Positions 29,700 to 40,936 of a stretch of 56,543 nucleotides of DNA are shown piece by piece. The position numbers and the translations under genes are program-made. Where the stretch lies: the NCBI GenBank assembly GCA_043425375.1, contig JBHWQC010000016.1, positions 1 to 56,543 of the forward strand, in the 5' to 3' direction. The notes under the pieces are model-generated. The model worked only from the letters and a program-made list of their open reading frames with translations. It did no database searches and was not told the DNA's origin. The DNA is from Atopostipes sp. (lineage in GTDB: Bacteria > Bacillota > Bacilli > Lactobacillales > Carnobacteriaceae_A). Each line of letters opens with the position of its first letter. Position 1 is the first letter of the stretch.

Positions 29700-31442
29700 A
29701 TGAAAAAATGGACAAACGTGTTACCTATTTTTCTGCTGACTATTTTTTTTGTCCTTGTTCCAGAGGCTGCGGCGGAAGAAAATAATATCCAGTCGATTAC
29801 GATTGATGTAGAGCTGCACGAAGATGGATCGGCAACCATTCAAGAGACCCGTCAAATGGAAACGTATGAAGATACTGAGCTTTATATTGTACTAGAAAAT
29901 TTACAGGGAACGGACTTATTGGATTTTGAAGTCGCGGGCTTTACGGAAGAAGAGGATTGGGATATTGATGCTTCTTTTGAAGAAAAAGCAGGAAAATATG
30001 GAGTCATTGAGACAGATGAGGGCTATGAATTGGCATGGGGAATTACCGAATACGGGCAACCTGAATACCAGGTGACGTACACCTTATCGAATCTCGTTCG
30101 TGAGCTAAAAGACGGACAGGCTTTGTTTTGGAATTTTGATTCCTTTTTAAACTTGCCGACCGATCGGATGCAGTTGGAAATTTCAGCACCCTTTGCGCTA
30201 GAAGAGGTCGTCCTTGACTATTATGGTTTTGGGTTTGAAGGCTCCATGGAAATTACGCAAGGAACACTTGAGTGGACCGGCTATGGTTTAGAAGAGGGCA
30301 ACGATGTCATCCTCTTAGCTCAGTTCCCAAAAAATACCTTTCAAACCAGCCTGGAAGAAGAAATGACCTTAGAAGAACAGCGTACCATGGCCACAGAAGG
30401 CTCGTCTTATAATGACGCGGCACCGATGCCAACATGGGCAAAAGTTTTAATCGGCGGTCTCGTCGCAGTCGGGGGTGGTGGTGCAGTAGGTGGTGCTGTG
30501 ATTGGGACGAAAGTCTATAATCGTAAAAAAGCAGCTCAACATTTTTACCCCGCCGAAGTACTGAAAGAGAATCGAGGTAAAACGACAAAAAATCCACCCA
30601 AACTTACAGGAGATCTTGGGCGCTATGCCGCCTTTATTTCAAAACTAAGTCCGGCAGGCGGTGGGTTTGCAGAATACTTTTTTGCCTATCTTTTACTCTG
30701 GTCGATTGAAGGACGGATTCAAATAGAAACCTTTGAAAAAGATCGGGGGCTATTTGGCACCAAGAAGAAAGCAACTTTGTCGATTGTTGATTTAGAGGAA
30801 GAAACAGCTCTGAGTACTCTTTCTTTTAGTGAATACGTTGAACTGTTTGAACTCGGCGAAGCAACTTTGGAAGAAGTGATGTGGGCGATATTACTGGAAG
30901 CAGCAGCGTACCGGCCAACGCTAGCTGAACAAGCCTTTGAGAACTGGTCGCAAGATCATGCCAGCGAGGTCGCTGAATTTTATGAAATGGTCGATGAAGT
31001 ATCCAAAGAATGGCTGATAAACAAGGGGTATCTTGAATTAGATACGTTTAGCTATTTGAAAATGACTATCCCTGTTGAGAAGCTTACTGAAAAAGGCCAA
31101 CGTGTGGTGAATTATATCGTTCAATTTGATAATTTTCTAAAAGAGATTGAAGAGAGCACGCTTGCAAATTTTGACAATTGGCATGAACTGATTGTGTGGG
31201 CCGCCTTACTCGGTCGGGCGGAAGATACAGTAGAATACTTGGAAGAATATCATCCGGGCCAATGGGGCATGCTGGTGGAGGAGTATCCCTATCTTTATGG
31301 GAACTATTTTGGTTATCATTATTTTTATATGAGCCAGACCAGTGGACTGATTTCAGGCGGCTACGGTGGAGCAGCCGGCGGCATGTCTTCTGCGGGAGGT
31401 GGCGCTGGGGCCGCTGGTGGTGGCGGCGGCGGTTCTCGCTAG
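29700..31442 (+). CDS. DUF2207-like membrane protein
   Basis: Signal peptide, IDVELHEDGSATIQE N-terminal pattern, one TM helix and a Gly-rich GGGAGAAGGGGGGSR tail. Confidence 0.75.
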   Translation: MKKWTNVLPIFLLTIFFVLVPEAAAEENNIQSITIDVELHEDGSATIQETRQMETYEDTELYIVLENLQGTDLLDFEVAGFTEEEDWDIDASFEEKAGKYGVIETDEGYELAWGITEYGQPEYQVTYTLSNLVRELKDGQALFWNFDSFLNLPTDRMQLEISAPFALEEVVLDYYGFGFEGSMEITQGTLEWTGYGLEEGNDVILLAQFPKNTFQTSLEEEMTLEEQRTMATEGSSYNDAAPMPTWAKVLIGGLVAVGGGGAVGGAVIGTKVYNRKKAAQHFYPAEVLKENRGKTTKNPPKLTGDLGRYAAFISKLSPAGGGFAEYFFAYLLLWSIEGRIQIETFEKDRGLFGTKKKATLSIVDLEEETALSTLSFSEYVELFELGEATLEEVMWAILLEAAAYRPTLAEQAFENWSQDHASEVAEFYEMVDEVSKEWLINKGYLELDTFSYLKMTIPVEKLTEKGQRVVNYIVQFDNFLKEIEESTLANFDNWHELIVWAALLGRAEDTVEYLEEYHPGQWGMLVEEYPYLYGNYFGYHYFYMSQTSGLISGGYGGAAGGMSSAGGGAGAAGGGGGGSR

Positions 31443-31473
31443 AATTGATTTTAAATAGGAAAGCAGGTTAATT

Positions 31474-31965
31474 ATGGATTTTATATTATGGCTACTTGTG
31501 ATCGGCTTGTTTGTGTTAAGTTTTGTGGCTTTGTTTTATCCGGTACTGCCGAGTGTGACAGCTGTGTGGGGTGGATTTTTGGTTTATCATTTCTTTATAG
31601 ACTCCACACGGTTGTCGACTTTCTTTTGGATTTCAATGGGGATATTAACGATTATATTATTGGTGGCCGATTTATTCGCCAGCTCCATATCGGTCAATCA
31701 ATTTGGAGGCAGTAAATTAGGGGAGCGCAGTGCGACGCTGTCAGTGATTATAGGGTCCTTTATCTATCCGCCGTTTGGGATTATTATTCTTCCTTTTGTG
31801 GTGGTCCTCCTGGTTGAACTCCTTCAAAAACGCCCCTTGAAAGAAGCCATTCGAGCATCCATCGGCTCTTTAGTCGGATTTTTGACCGGACGTTTTGCGG
31901 AAGGACTCATTCAGCTGATTATGATTGTATGGTTCTTCTTAAATGTCTGGTTTGGTTGGTTTTAG
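31474..31965 (+). CDS. DUF456 (YqgC-like) membrane protein
   Basis: YPVLPS, FGGSKLGE and PPFGIIILPF patterns; highly hydrophobic. Confidence 0.85.
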   Translation: MDFILWLLVIGLFVLSFVALFYPVLPSVTAVWGGFLVYHFFIDSTRLSTFFWISMGILTIILLVADLFASSISVNQFGGSKLGERSATLSVIIGSFIYPPFGIIILPFVVVLLVELLQKRPLKEAIRASIGSLVGFLTGRFAEGLIQLIMIVWFFLNVWFGWF

Positions 31966-32013
31966 TTGAGTAGAAAAGAGAAATGAAGCCAAGAAGCTAG
32001 AAAATAATCCGAA

Positions 32014-32042
32014 CTGTCTCGAGATTAGAAAACGAGGCAGCT
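32014..32042. repeat. Dispersed palindromic repeat unit, related to the array at 52207-52332
   Basis: ctgtctcgagattagaaaacgaggcagct matches 20 of 29 positions with 52208-52236 by manual alignment, with the same 6-N13-6 dyad. Confidence 0.45.
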
Positions 32043-32060
32043 TATAGGTTTATAAACTAA

Positions 32061-32095
32061 AAAGCAGCTCTTCGCATCTTGCGAAAAGCTGCTTT
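32061..32095. terminator. Bidirectional terminator
   Basis: aaagcagctcttcgca / tgcgaaaagctgcttt inverted repeat between convergent genes. Confidence 0.8.
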
Positions 32096-32096
32096 C

Positions 32097-34070
32097 TTAA
32101 TCGAGTTCTGAGTATTGGTTCAATTCTTCATGCAGAGCTTCCCATTCTTCATAAAAAGCTTCTAAGGCTTCATTTTTTTCATCAAATTCACGAGATAACT
32201 CGTTCAAGTGTTTCGTATCATTTTCAGAAAAAGAAGGGTCACTATTACTGGCTAAGTCATCCATTTCTTTTGTGATTTCTTCCAAAAGGGTTTCTGTCTG
32301 GGCTATTTGTTCCTCAATGGCATCAATTTCACGGGTTAGCCGCCGTGTTTCGCGTTTGACTTCTTTTCGATCGGCCCATTGGTTATCAGAAGCTGTATCT
32401 GTTGTTGAAGCCGCGTTCTCTTGAAGGTTTTGCGCTCCTCCTTTGGTATGCTCAGCCAACGCTTGTTCATGTAATTCTTCTTTTTTATGCAAGTAATAAT
32501 CATAATCGCCTAAGTATAAAATGGTACCCTCTGGGCCGATTTCTAACACCTTATTGGCTAGTCGGTTAATGAAATACCGGTCATGGGAGACAAAAAGAAG
32601 GGTGCCTTGAAAATCAATCAAGGCATTTTCTAAGACCTCTTTTGAGTCAATATCTAAATGGTTCGTCGGCTCGTCCAGCACTAAAAAGTTGTCGTGGTTG
32701 AGTGCTAGTTTTGCGATAGAGACACGTGCCCGCTCGCCCCCGCTTAAAGAAGCGATAGTCTTTGCGACATCTTCACCTGAAAATAAGAAACTGCCTAAAA
32801 AAGTACGAATACTCTCTTCTGTCATCAGAGGATGGTCGTCCCATACTTCATCTAACACCGATTTGGCAGGATTCAAATCTTCTTGTTCTTGTTCATAGTA
32901 GCCTACGTCTACTTTCGTCCCATGCTGAATCGATCCCGCCAGCGGCTCAAGCTGCCCTACGATTGTGCGCAAAAGCGTAGACTTCCCAATTCCATTAGGA
33001 CCAATCAAGGCAATAACGTCGCCTTTGCGAATATCTAAATCAATGCCTTGACTCAAGACGGTTTGCGGCGGATAACCAATAGCTAAATCTTTGGCCTGCA
33101 AGACTACATTGCCTGATTCACGTTCGGGCGAAAAAGAAAAGAAAGCCGAGCGTTCGTCTCCCAATGGTTTATCGATGCGGTCTATTTTTTCCAATTGCTT
33201 CCGACGCGACTGGGCGCGTCGAGTAGTAGAGGCTCTGGCTAAATTCCGAGCAATAAAGTCTTCCATATCTGCAATTTCTTTTTGCTGCTTTTCAAACTCT
33301 TTTTGTTGTTTGTCAAAGCGTGCCGCTTTTTCATCTAAATAGGCGGAGTAGTTTCCTTTGAAGTAATGCATTTGACCATAACTTAATTCGTACGTTTCTT
33401 TGGTAATTTTATCTAAAAAGTACCGGTCATGGGAAACAATGACTAAAGCGCCCCGGTAATTTAATAAGTAGGCCTCTAACCAGGACAAGGTTTCGATATC
33501 TAAATGGTTGGTCGGCTCATCTAAAATCAGCAAGTCGCGCTGTTCAAGCAGAAGTTTTGCCAAAGAAAGCCGCGTTTTTTGGCCGCCGGATAGATGGGCG
33601 ATGGGCTTGTCATAATCTTCTTCAAAAAATTGAAACCCATGGAGAACCATTTTAATCTCACTTTTATAGCCGTAACCATTTCGACGATCGAAGGCTTCTT
33701 GCAGCCGATTATATTCGATCAATAATTCTTTGTCTTGACCGTCGTTTGCCATTTTAGCTTCCAGTCTTCGCATCTTCTGTTCAATTTCTAACACCGGCTT
33801 GAAGACTTCTTGCATTTCAGCCCAAATCGATCGTTTGGATTCAAGCCCGCCATGTTGGTCCAAAAATCCAATCGTCAAATCCTTTTTGCGTATGACGCGC
33901 CCTTCGTCGGGAGCTTCAATATCGGCAATGATTTTAAGCAGGGTCGATTTACCGGCGCCATTACGGCCAACTAAACCTATCCTGGCATTGTCTTTAATTT
34001 CAAATGTTATTCCACTAAATAACTCTTCACCGCCAAAGCGACGGGTGACATTTTGTGTTTGTAAAAGCAT
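32097..34070 (-). CDS. ABC-F family ATPase (YdiF/Uup-like)
   Basis: Two ABC domains (GRNGAGKS, GPNGIGKS, LSGG, LDEPTNHLD twice), no TM helices, coiled-coil tail. ATG 34070 follows GAGGAG; divergent from rex. Confidence 0.93.
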   Translation of the reverse strand: MLLQTQNVTRRFGGEELFSGITFEIKDNARIGLVGRNGAGKSTLLKIIADIEAPDEGRVIRKKDLTIGFLDQHGGLESKRSIWAEMQEVFKPVLEIEQKMRRLEAKMANDGQDKELLIEYNRLQEAFDRRNGYGYKSEIKMVLHGFQFFEEDYDKPIAHLSGGQKTRLSLAKLLLEQRDLLILDEPTNHLDIETLSWLEAYLLNYRGALVIVSHDRYFLDKITKETYELSYGQMHYFKGNYSAYLDEKAARFDKQQKEFEKQQKEIADMEDFIARNLARASTTRRAQSRRKQLEKIDRIDKPLGDERSAFFSFSPERESGNVVLQAKDLAIGYPPQTVLSQGIDLDIRKGDVIALIGPNGIGKSTLLRTIVGQLEPLAGSIQHGTKVDVGYYEQEQEDLNPAKSVLDEVWDDHPLMTEESIRTFLGSFLFSGEDVAKTIASLSGGERARVSIAKLALNHDNFLVLDEPTNHLDIDSKEVLENALIDFQGTLLFVSHDRYFINRLANKVLEIGPEGTILYLGDYDYYLHKKEELHEQALAEHTKGGAQNLQENAASTTDTASDNQWADRKEVKRETRRLTREIDAIEEQIAQTETLLEEITKEMDDLASNSDPSFSENDTKHLNELSREFDEKNEALEAFYEEWEALHEELNQYSELD

Positions 34071-34254
34071 GCTTCTCCTCCGTTTCAAGAAAATCGTAAT
34101 CAGTTTATCATATTTTTTCATAAAACCAAAACGATCTCGTGATGTAAATCGCATACAAACGTTAAGGTATCGGATTGTTTCACTTTCAATGATGTAGGAA
34201 AAGAATGAGATTGTGAAAAAAGGAGAACATTTCCTTCCTTTATAGGATTTAACT

Positions 34255-34306
34255 TGTTATAATATAGAATGTTCAAAGAAACTGAACTTTGTAAGGACAT
34301 TCACGA
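34255..34306 (+). promoter_or_regulatory. Extended -10 promoter of rex with a possible downstream Rex operator
   Basis: TGTTATAAT at 34255-34263; TTGTAAGGACATTCACGA at 34289-34306 matches 11 of 14 positions of TTGTGAA-N4-TTCACAA. Confidence 0.45.
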
Positions 34307-34352
34307 AATGAAATGCATCTACTTTTTAGTAAAGAATGAAAGGAGAAAGAAG

Positions 34353-35006
34353 ATGGCAGACAAACAAATACCAAAAGCAACGGCTAAGCGCCTTCCGTTA
34401 TATTATCGCTACTTGAAATATCTATTTAGCTCAGGCAAAAAAAAGGTCTCTTCTGCGGATTTAAGCGAAGCGGTGAAAATAGATAGTGCGACTATTCGCC
34501 GAGACTTTTCTTATTTTGGCGCATTGGGTAAACGAGGGTATGGTTATGATGTAGAAGACTTGATGAATTTCTTCAGCAAGCAACTTAACCAAGATCAGCT
34601 GACGCATGTGGCTTTAGTCGGCGTCGGTCAACTTGGGCGCGCCTTGCTCAACTATAATTTTCAAGGGCAAAACAGTATCCGCATTAGTGCGGGCTTTGAT
34701 ATCGACGAAGAGATTGTCAATACTATTTTTGAAGGTGTGCCGATTTACCATACAGACGAATTAGTCCAACAAATTCAATCGCAGCAATTAGATATTGCGA
34801 TTATCGCCTTGCCGGGTGACCGCGGACAAGAAGTGACCGATAAACTCGTTGAAGCGGGAATTAAAGGAATCATGAACTTTACGCCGATTCGATTAGACGT
34901 TCCAGAGAATGTGCGTGTGCTCAATGTTGATTTAAGTAATGAATTGCAATCGTTAATTTACTTTGTCCAATACAGTGATTCCATTATGGAAGATGGCACA
35001 GAATAA
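34353..35006 (+). CDS. rex: Redox-sensing transcriptional repressor Rex
   Basis: IPKATAKRLPLYYR, ATIRRDFSYFG, GKRGYGY and VGVGQLG motifs; ATG 34353 follows AAAGGAG. Confidence 0.97.
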   Translation: MADKQIPKATAKRLPLYYRYLKYLFSSGKKKVSSADLSEAVKIDSATIRRDFSYFGALGKRGYGYDVEDLMNFFSKQLNQDQLTHVALVGVGQLGRALLNYNFQGQNSIRISAGFDIDEEIVNTIFEGVPIYHTDELVQQIQSQQLDIAIIALPGDRGQEVTDKLVEAGIKGIMNFTPIRLDVPENVRVLNVDLSNELQSLIYFVQYSDSIMEDGTE

Positions 35007-35016
35007 TAAGTAATAG

Positions 35017-35054
35017 GAAAAACTTCTTTCTTTTTAAGAGAGAGGTTTTTTATT
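35017..35054. terminator. Bidirectional terminator after rex
   Basis: aaaaacttctttct / agagagaggttttt hairpin. Confidence 0.7.
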
Positions 35055-35855
35055 TTAAGGGCCGCACCAGCGGTTGAAAAATCCTTTTTTAAGTTTTTTC
35101 TCAAAGGTGTTAACCTCATTTTCTAACTCTTTTGCTTCTTTTAATTGGAGGTGTTGAATTTGCTGGCTGGTTTGTAAAGTTAATTGTTGTTGCTGATCGA
35201 GTAAATTTTGTAATTTTTCGATTTGTCTGTCTTTCTCATCTAATTGTTCATCTTTATTCTCTTTCTCTTGTTCATTTCTATTTATAGAAATTTCCCATTT
35301 TTTCGCCTCTTTGTTTATTAAGCGAATTTGATTAAGGGGCGTGAAAAAAACACAAGTGAATACAATAAACAATATAACCAATAGAATGAGAATGCTACCT
35401 ATATAAAGAGTAGCTGAATTGAAATGATTTAAAATCATCATAAATATACCTTCTAAGATTGTTAAAATAAGTATATGTAATAACTTAACGACTTTATCTT
35501 GCACTTTAGCATCAGCTTTTTTAAATTTTCTAATCCATTCTTTTAAATCTTTTTCATCCGAACTCCCAGTGTCACTTACTTCAGATTGAAGAGCCATCAA
35601 GCTGCTACTTATATTGGTTTTACCACGTAGAGTTAAGTAAATTTCAATTAGAATGACTATAGCTATCATCCATACAAAGATTTTTATAAAAGATTTATCA
35701 AAAATAAATCCTATTACTTCAGTATCTTCAAGGACATAAACCATAGATTTTATATTATCGGGTCCACTGAGAAGTGTGAGGATTAAAAATACAAATAATA
35801 GATATCTTGAAAAAAATTTTTCCTTTGTTGCCCAATCTAAAATAAATTCAAACAT
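35055..35855 (-). CDS. AT-rich hypothetical membrane protein (about 4 TM) with a DUF536-like C-terminal coiled coil
   Basis: 266 aa with AAGGAG RBS and four hydrophobic stretches; tail KDRQIEKLQNLLDQQQQLTLQ...KKGFFNRW. Confidence 0.75.
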   Translation of the reverse strand: MFEFILDWATKEKFFSRYLLFVFLILTLLSGPDNIKSMVYVLEDTEVIGFIFDKSFIKIFVWMIAIVILIEIYLTLRGKTNISSSLMALQSEVSDTGSSDEKDLKEWIRKFKKADAKVQDKVVKLLHILILTILEGIFMMILNHFNSATLYIGSILILLVILFIVFTCVFFTPLNQIRLINKEAKKWEISINRNEQEKENKDEQLDEKDRQIEKLQNLLDQQQQLTLQTSQQIQHLQLKEAKELENEVNTFEKKLKKGFFNRWCGP

Positions 35856-35960
35856 AATAATCTCCTTATAGTTTCTTTTTTACAACCACTTTGTGTGTGA
35901 TCCACTCTGTATTAGATTAGCGATTGTGAGATTCTAAATATTATTTGCCCCAATAGAAAT

Positions 35961-35998
35961 GAAAAACTCCTTTCTCATCCTAAGAGAGGAGTTTTTTA
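35961..35998. terminator. Terminator downstream of the ydiK-like gene
   Basis: aaaaactcctttct / agagaggagttttt hairpin. Confidence 0.75.
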
Positions 35999-36208
35999 TT
36001 TATTCTTTTTATCGTTATATTTCTTCAAATGTCGATACACTTGGGCCATCTGAATGGTGCCGACTAATTCGCGCGTGGCAAACATTGCAAGAATGACTGC
36101 AAAGAAGCTCCAGCCGGAATAAGCGGTCATCTGAATCGTAAAGTAAAAATTTAAGGCAAAAAAACCAAACCGCAACAGGATGGGTCCAAGTAAATTATTT
36201 TGATTCAA
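35996..36208 (-). CDS. YdiK-like small membrane protein
   Basis: Two TM helices with a GWSFFAVILAMFAT pattern; located between rex and groES. TTG 36208 follows GAGGAG (the ORF track extends to 36223). Confidence 0.7.
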   Translation of the reverse strand: MNQNNLLGPILLRFGFFALNFYFTIQMTAYSGWSFFAVILAMFATRELVGTIQMAQVYRHLKKYNDKKNK

Positions 36209-36364
36209 AAGAAAACTCCTCACTCTATTTAACCTATCGTCAATTCTTTCTTATCATAACATAAGCGCGCTTAAAGAGGAATGAATTCTAGGTAAAACAA
36301 TTGAAAAGAAAGGATTTTCAAAAAACGTTCACAATTTGTTCGCTCATTTTTTAAGGGATGGGTC

Positions 36365-36393
36365 TTGCATCTCTTTTGAATTTTTCTTATACT
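36365..36393 (+). promoter_or_regulatory. sigma-A promoter of groESL
   Basis: TTGCAT-17 bp-TATACT. Confidence 0.75.
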
Positions 36394-36404
36394 AGATGGT
36401 GTGA

Positions 36405-36431
36405 TTAGCACTTAGGAAGCTCGAGTGCTAA
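36405..36431 (+). promoter_or_regulatory. CIRCE element (HrcA operator)
   Basis: TTAGCACTT-N9-GAGTGCTAA, one mismatch to TTAGCACTC-N9-GAGTGCTAA. Confidence 0.95.
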
Positions 36432-36469
36432 AATTAAAAAATATTAGAATTTTTTGGAGGGATTTACGA

Positions 36470-38418
<1,949 letters not shown>

Positions 38419-38447
38419 TCTCTCACAGAATTTAACAGTTAACATTC

Positions 38448-38494
38448 AAAAAGCTCAAGAAGTGAAGGCATTGGCCTCTCTTCTTGAGCTTTTC
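38448..38494. terminator. Bidirectional terminator after groEL
   Basis: aaaagctcaagaag / cttcttgagctttt inverted repeat. Confidence 0.85.
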
Positions 38495-38523
38495 TAATGG
38501 ACTAAAATCGCATTTTTGCAAGG

Positions 38524-39669
38524 CTATTCAGGGATCAAGACAAATTTAATGTTGCCATCTTCTTTTTTATCAAACATTTCATAAGCTTTGGCCGCCTCTT
38601 CAAGCGGTGCAACGTGTGTAATAATTTCAGTCGGGTCAAATTGGTTGTCTTGAATCATCTCAAACAGCTTTGGCATAAGATGAACCACTGGCGCTTGTCC
38701 CATCTTAAGGGTGATGTTTCGAGAAAACAAGTTGTTCAACATGAAATTGGTGACCGGTGACATATAAGCGCCTGTCAGTTGAATCGTACCGAATTTTCGG
38801 ACAGCCATGCCAGCCGTTTCAATTGGACTGGATGTTCCTCTTTGGGGACTGATTAGATTGGTCACTTTTTCGTCTTTTCGTTTCGTACCGTCCATTCCGA
38901 CGCAGTCAATCACGACATCCGCCCCACCATTTGTCATCTCGTTTAGCGCTTTCCCAGGCAAGGTTACTTCATCGAAGTTTAATGTCTCAACGCCGATTTT
39001 TTGAGCCGAGTGCTCCAAACGGTGAACAACATTATCCACGGCAATGACACGTTCAGCACCTTTCATTTTGGCAAAACGCTGGGTCATCAATCCAACTGGA
39101 CCGGACCCTAACACAATAACTGTATCTCCTTCTTTAACGCCGGCATTTTCCACACTCCACCAAGCGGTCGGAAGCACATCCGATAAAAAGAGAACTTTTT
39201 CGTCCGGAATGTCACTGTCCGGAACAACTAAAGAATTGATATCAGCATATGGGACACGCATAAATTCTGCTTGTCCGCCTTGAATGCCTCCATGCAGATG
39301 GCCGAATCCAAATAAACCGCCATAATCAGTATGAGCATTTTTGTTTGAATTGTCGCACTGGCTTTCCATATTATTCACACAATAGAAACATTCCCCGCAG
39401 CTGACATTAAATGGGACAACAATTCGATCGCCGACTTTTAGCTTTTTGACGTCGGGCCCCACTTCAACAACTTCACCCATCGGCTCATGTCCGACGACAT
39501 AATCGTCTTGGTTGATAACCAAGTCCCCATGGTGGTACAAGTGCAGATCAGAGCCGCAAATAGCTGTTGCTGTAATCTTAATAATGGCATCCGTCGGTTC
39601 CACAATGGTGGGATCAGGTACGGTTGTGGTTTCTATTCTTCTTTTTCCTTGATAAGTAACTGCTCGCAT
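38524..39669 (-). CDS. Zinc-dependent alcohol/formaldehyde dehydrogenase-like (MDR family)
   Basis: ICGSDLH, GHEPMG, CGECFYC...C, FLSDVLPT and GSGPVG motifs. Confidence 0.93.
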   Translation of the reverse strand: MRAVTYQGKRRIETTTVPDPTIVEPTDAIIKITATAICGSDLHLYHHGDLVINQDDYVVGHEPMGEVVEVGPDVKKLKVGDRIVVPFNVSCGECFYCVNNMESQCDNSNKNAHTDYGGLFGFGHLHGGIQGGQAEFMRVPYADINSLVVPDSDIPDEKVLFLSDVLPTAWWSVENAGVKEGDTVIVLGSGPVGLMTQRFAKMKGAERVIAVDNVVHRLEHSAQKIGVETLNFDEVTLPGKALNEMTNGGADVVIDCVGMDGTKRKDEKVTNLISPQRGTSSPIETAGMAVRKFGTIQLTGAYMSPVTNFMLNNLFSRNITLKMGQAPVVHLMPKLFEMIQDNQFDPTEIITHVAPLEEAAKAYEMFDKKEDGNIKFVLIPE

Positions 39670-39803
39670 AATGACTCCTCCTTAATATAAATAACTGCTT
39701 TCTATGAGAACCGTATCACAACTGCCGCCAGCTAAAAAAGTGAAATGCTCAAGCAGTGGAGGAAGGGCAATTGAATTGTCCTTAAAAAAACAGCTCCCTC
39801 ATT

Positions 39804-40925
39804 CTAGGAGCTGCCTTCTTTTTCAAGTCGTCGGATTTCATCTTTTAAATAGGCATAAAACTGCGCCTCAAGCTTTTCTTCGGTGACGGTGGGGGCAGTG
39901 GCAATTAATTGTTCACCTGTAGAGAGAAGTTGTTTTGCTTTTTCATACTCTTTATTTAAATAAATGGCTTCAGCCGCACGAACTTTATAGACATCCGCTG
40001 CCTCCACGTCAATCGATTGTTTAAAAATAGGAGTGGCTTTAATTTTTTCGATATCGGGATGTTCAGGTTCAGTAATGAGAAGTGTAAATAAATAGTTAAA
40101 ATATACCTCTGAAAGATGAAGTGCCAATAATTGCTTACGATTTGACCATAGCCGTTCATATATTTTACGCGCCCGTACAAATTCTCCTCGCTCAAAATAA
40201 ACAGCAGCTTGGGCTGTATAGAAAGTAATCGTATTTGGATTTTCAAAAGTCGTTCCTAGATCGGCTGGAATGTATCTTTGTAAATTGGTAAAAGATACTC
40301 CTTGTACCATCCCGCCATACAAGCGAAGCATTGCGGTCATTTCATTTAACGCTTCCGGCCGTTTGTACAGCTGTAAAATGTTGTAGCCATCTGTCCCTTT
40401 TTGCCAAGTACTATTCATTAAAAAAAGAAGTAAAGCAATACTCGCGGAAAGGAACAGGAAAAAAGTCACTCGTGGATGAGCACTCCACCAACCAATGCCA
40501 AGCATGAATAAGGCGGTCAGCAAATTCGTCAACAAACCGCCTAAATGGTAAAAAAGCATCGGCGGATTTTCAACAGATTCTGGTGGCAACATAAGGGCTT
40601 GCCCCAAGAGACCAGACACCCTTTGTTTGCGTCTGGAAATGCCCTCTTCTGTTTTAATCCAAACCCAAGAAAAGAGTCGAAACATAATAAACGTATAACC
40701 CGATAACAAGCCCGCAATGAGGTGACCAAGTTCATGCAAAATAATATGCAAAGGAAAGCTGACGATTAAAATGACAATCGCAAATAAAATATCCCAAACA
40801 GAAACATTTAAAATCGCATAAAACAGCTCCAAACCTACAAAACCGCTAAAGCCCAAGCCGATAAGGAGTAAAGTGAAATAGAATGTTTGCTTCCAATCTC
40901 TTTTTTTCTTGTTTTTCTCTGTCAT
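39804..40925 (-). CDS. M50-family (site-2 protease-like) membrane metallopeptidase
   Basis: LHELGH within a hydrophobic segment and a downstream GTDG; ATG 40925 follows the alr stop. Confidence 0.8.
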   Translation of the reverse strand: MTEKNKKKRDWKQTFYFTLLLIGLGFSGFVGLELFYAILNVSVWDILFAIVILIVSFPLHIILHELGHLIAGLLSGYTFIMFRLFSWVWIKTEEGISRRKQRVSGLLGQALMLPPESVENPPMLFYHLGGLLTNLLTALFMLGIGWWSAHPRVTFFLFLSASIALLLFLMNSTWQKGTDGYNILQLYKRPEALNEMTAMLRLYGGMVQGVSFTNLQRYIPADLGTTFENPNTITFYTAQAAVYFERGEFVRARKIYERLWSNRKQLLALHLSEVYFNYLFTLLITEPEHPDIEKIKATPIFKQSIDVEAADVYKVRAAEAIYLNKEYEKAKQLLSTGEQLIATAPTVTEEKLEAQFYAYLKDEIRRLEKEGSS

Positions 40926-40936
40926 AATGGCCCTCT

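Noticed and set aside
31355..31442. GC-rich Gly/Ala repeat
   Set aside because: Typical Gly-rich tail of DUF2207-like proteins.
34071..34154. N-terminal extension of the ABC-F ORF as a regulatory leader peptide
   Set aside because: It is in frame with the gene and lacks its own RBS; the RBS lies before ATG 34070 and no attenuator hairpin is evident.
36425..36469. Longer groES start at GTG 36425
   Set aside because: That codon lies inside the CIRCE element; the RBS supports ATG 36470.
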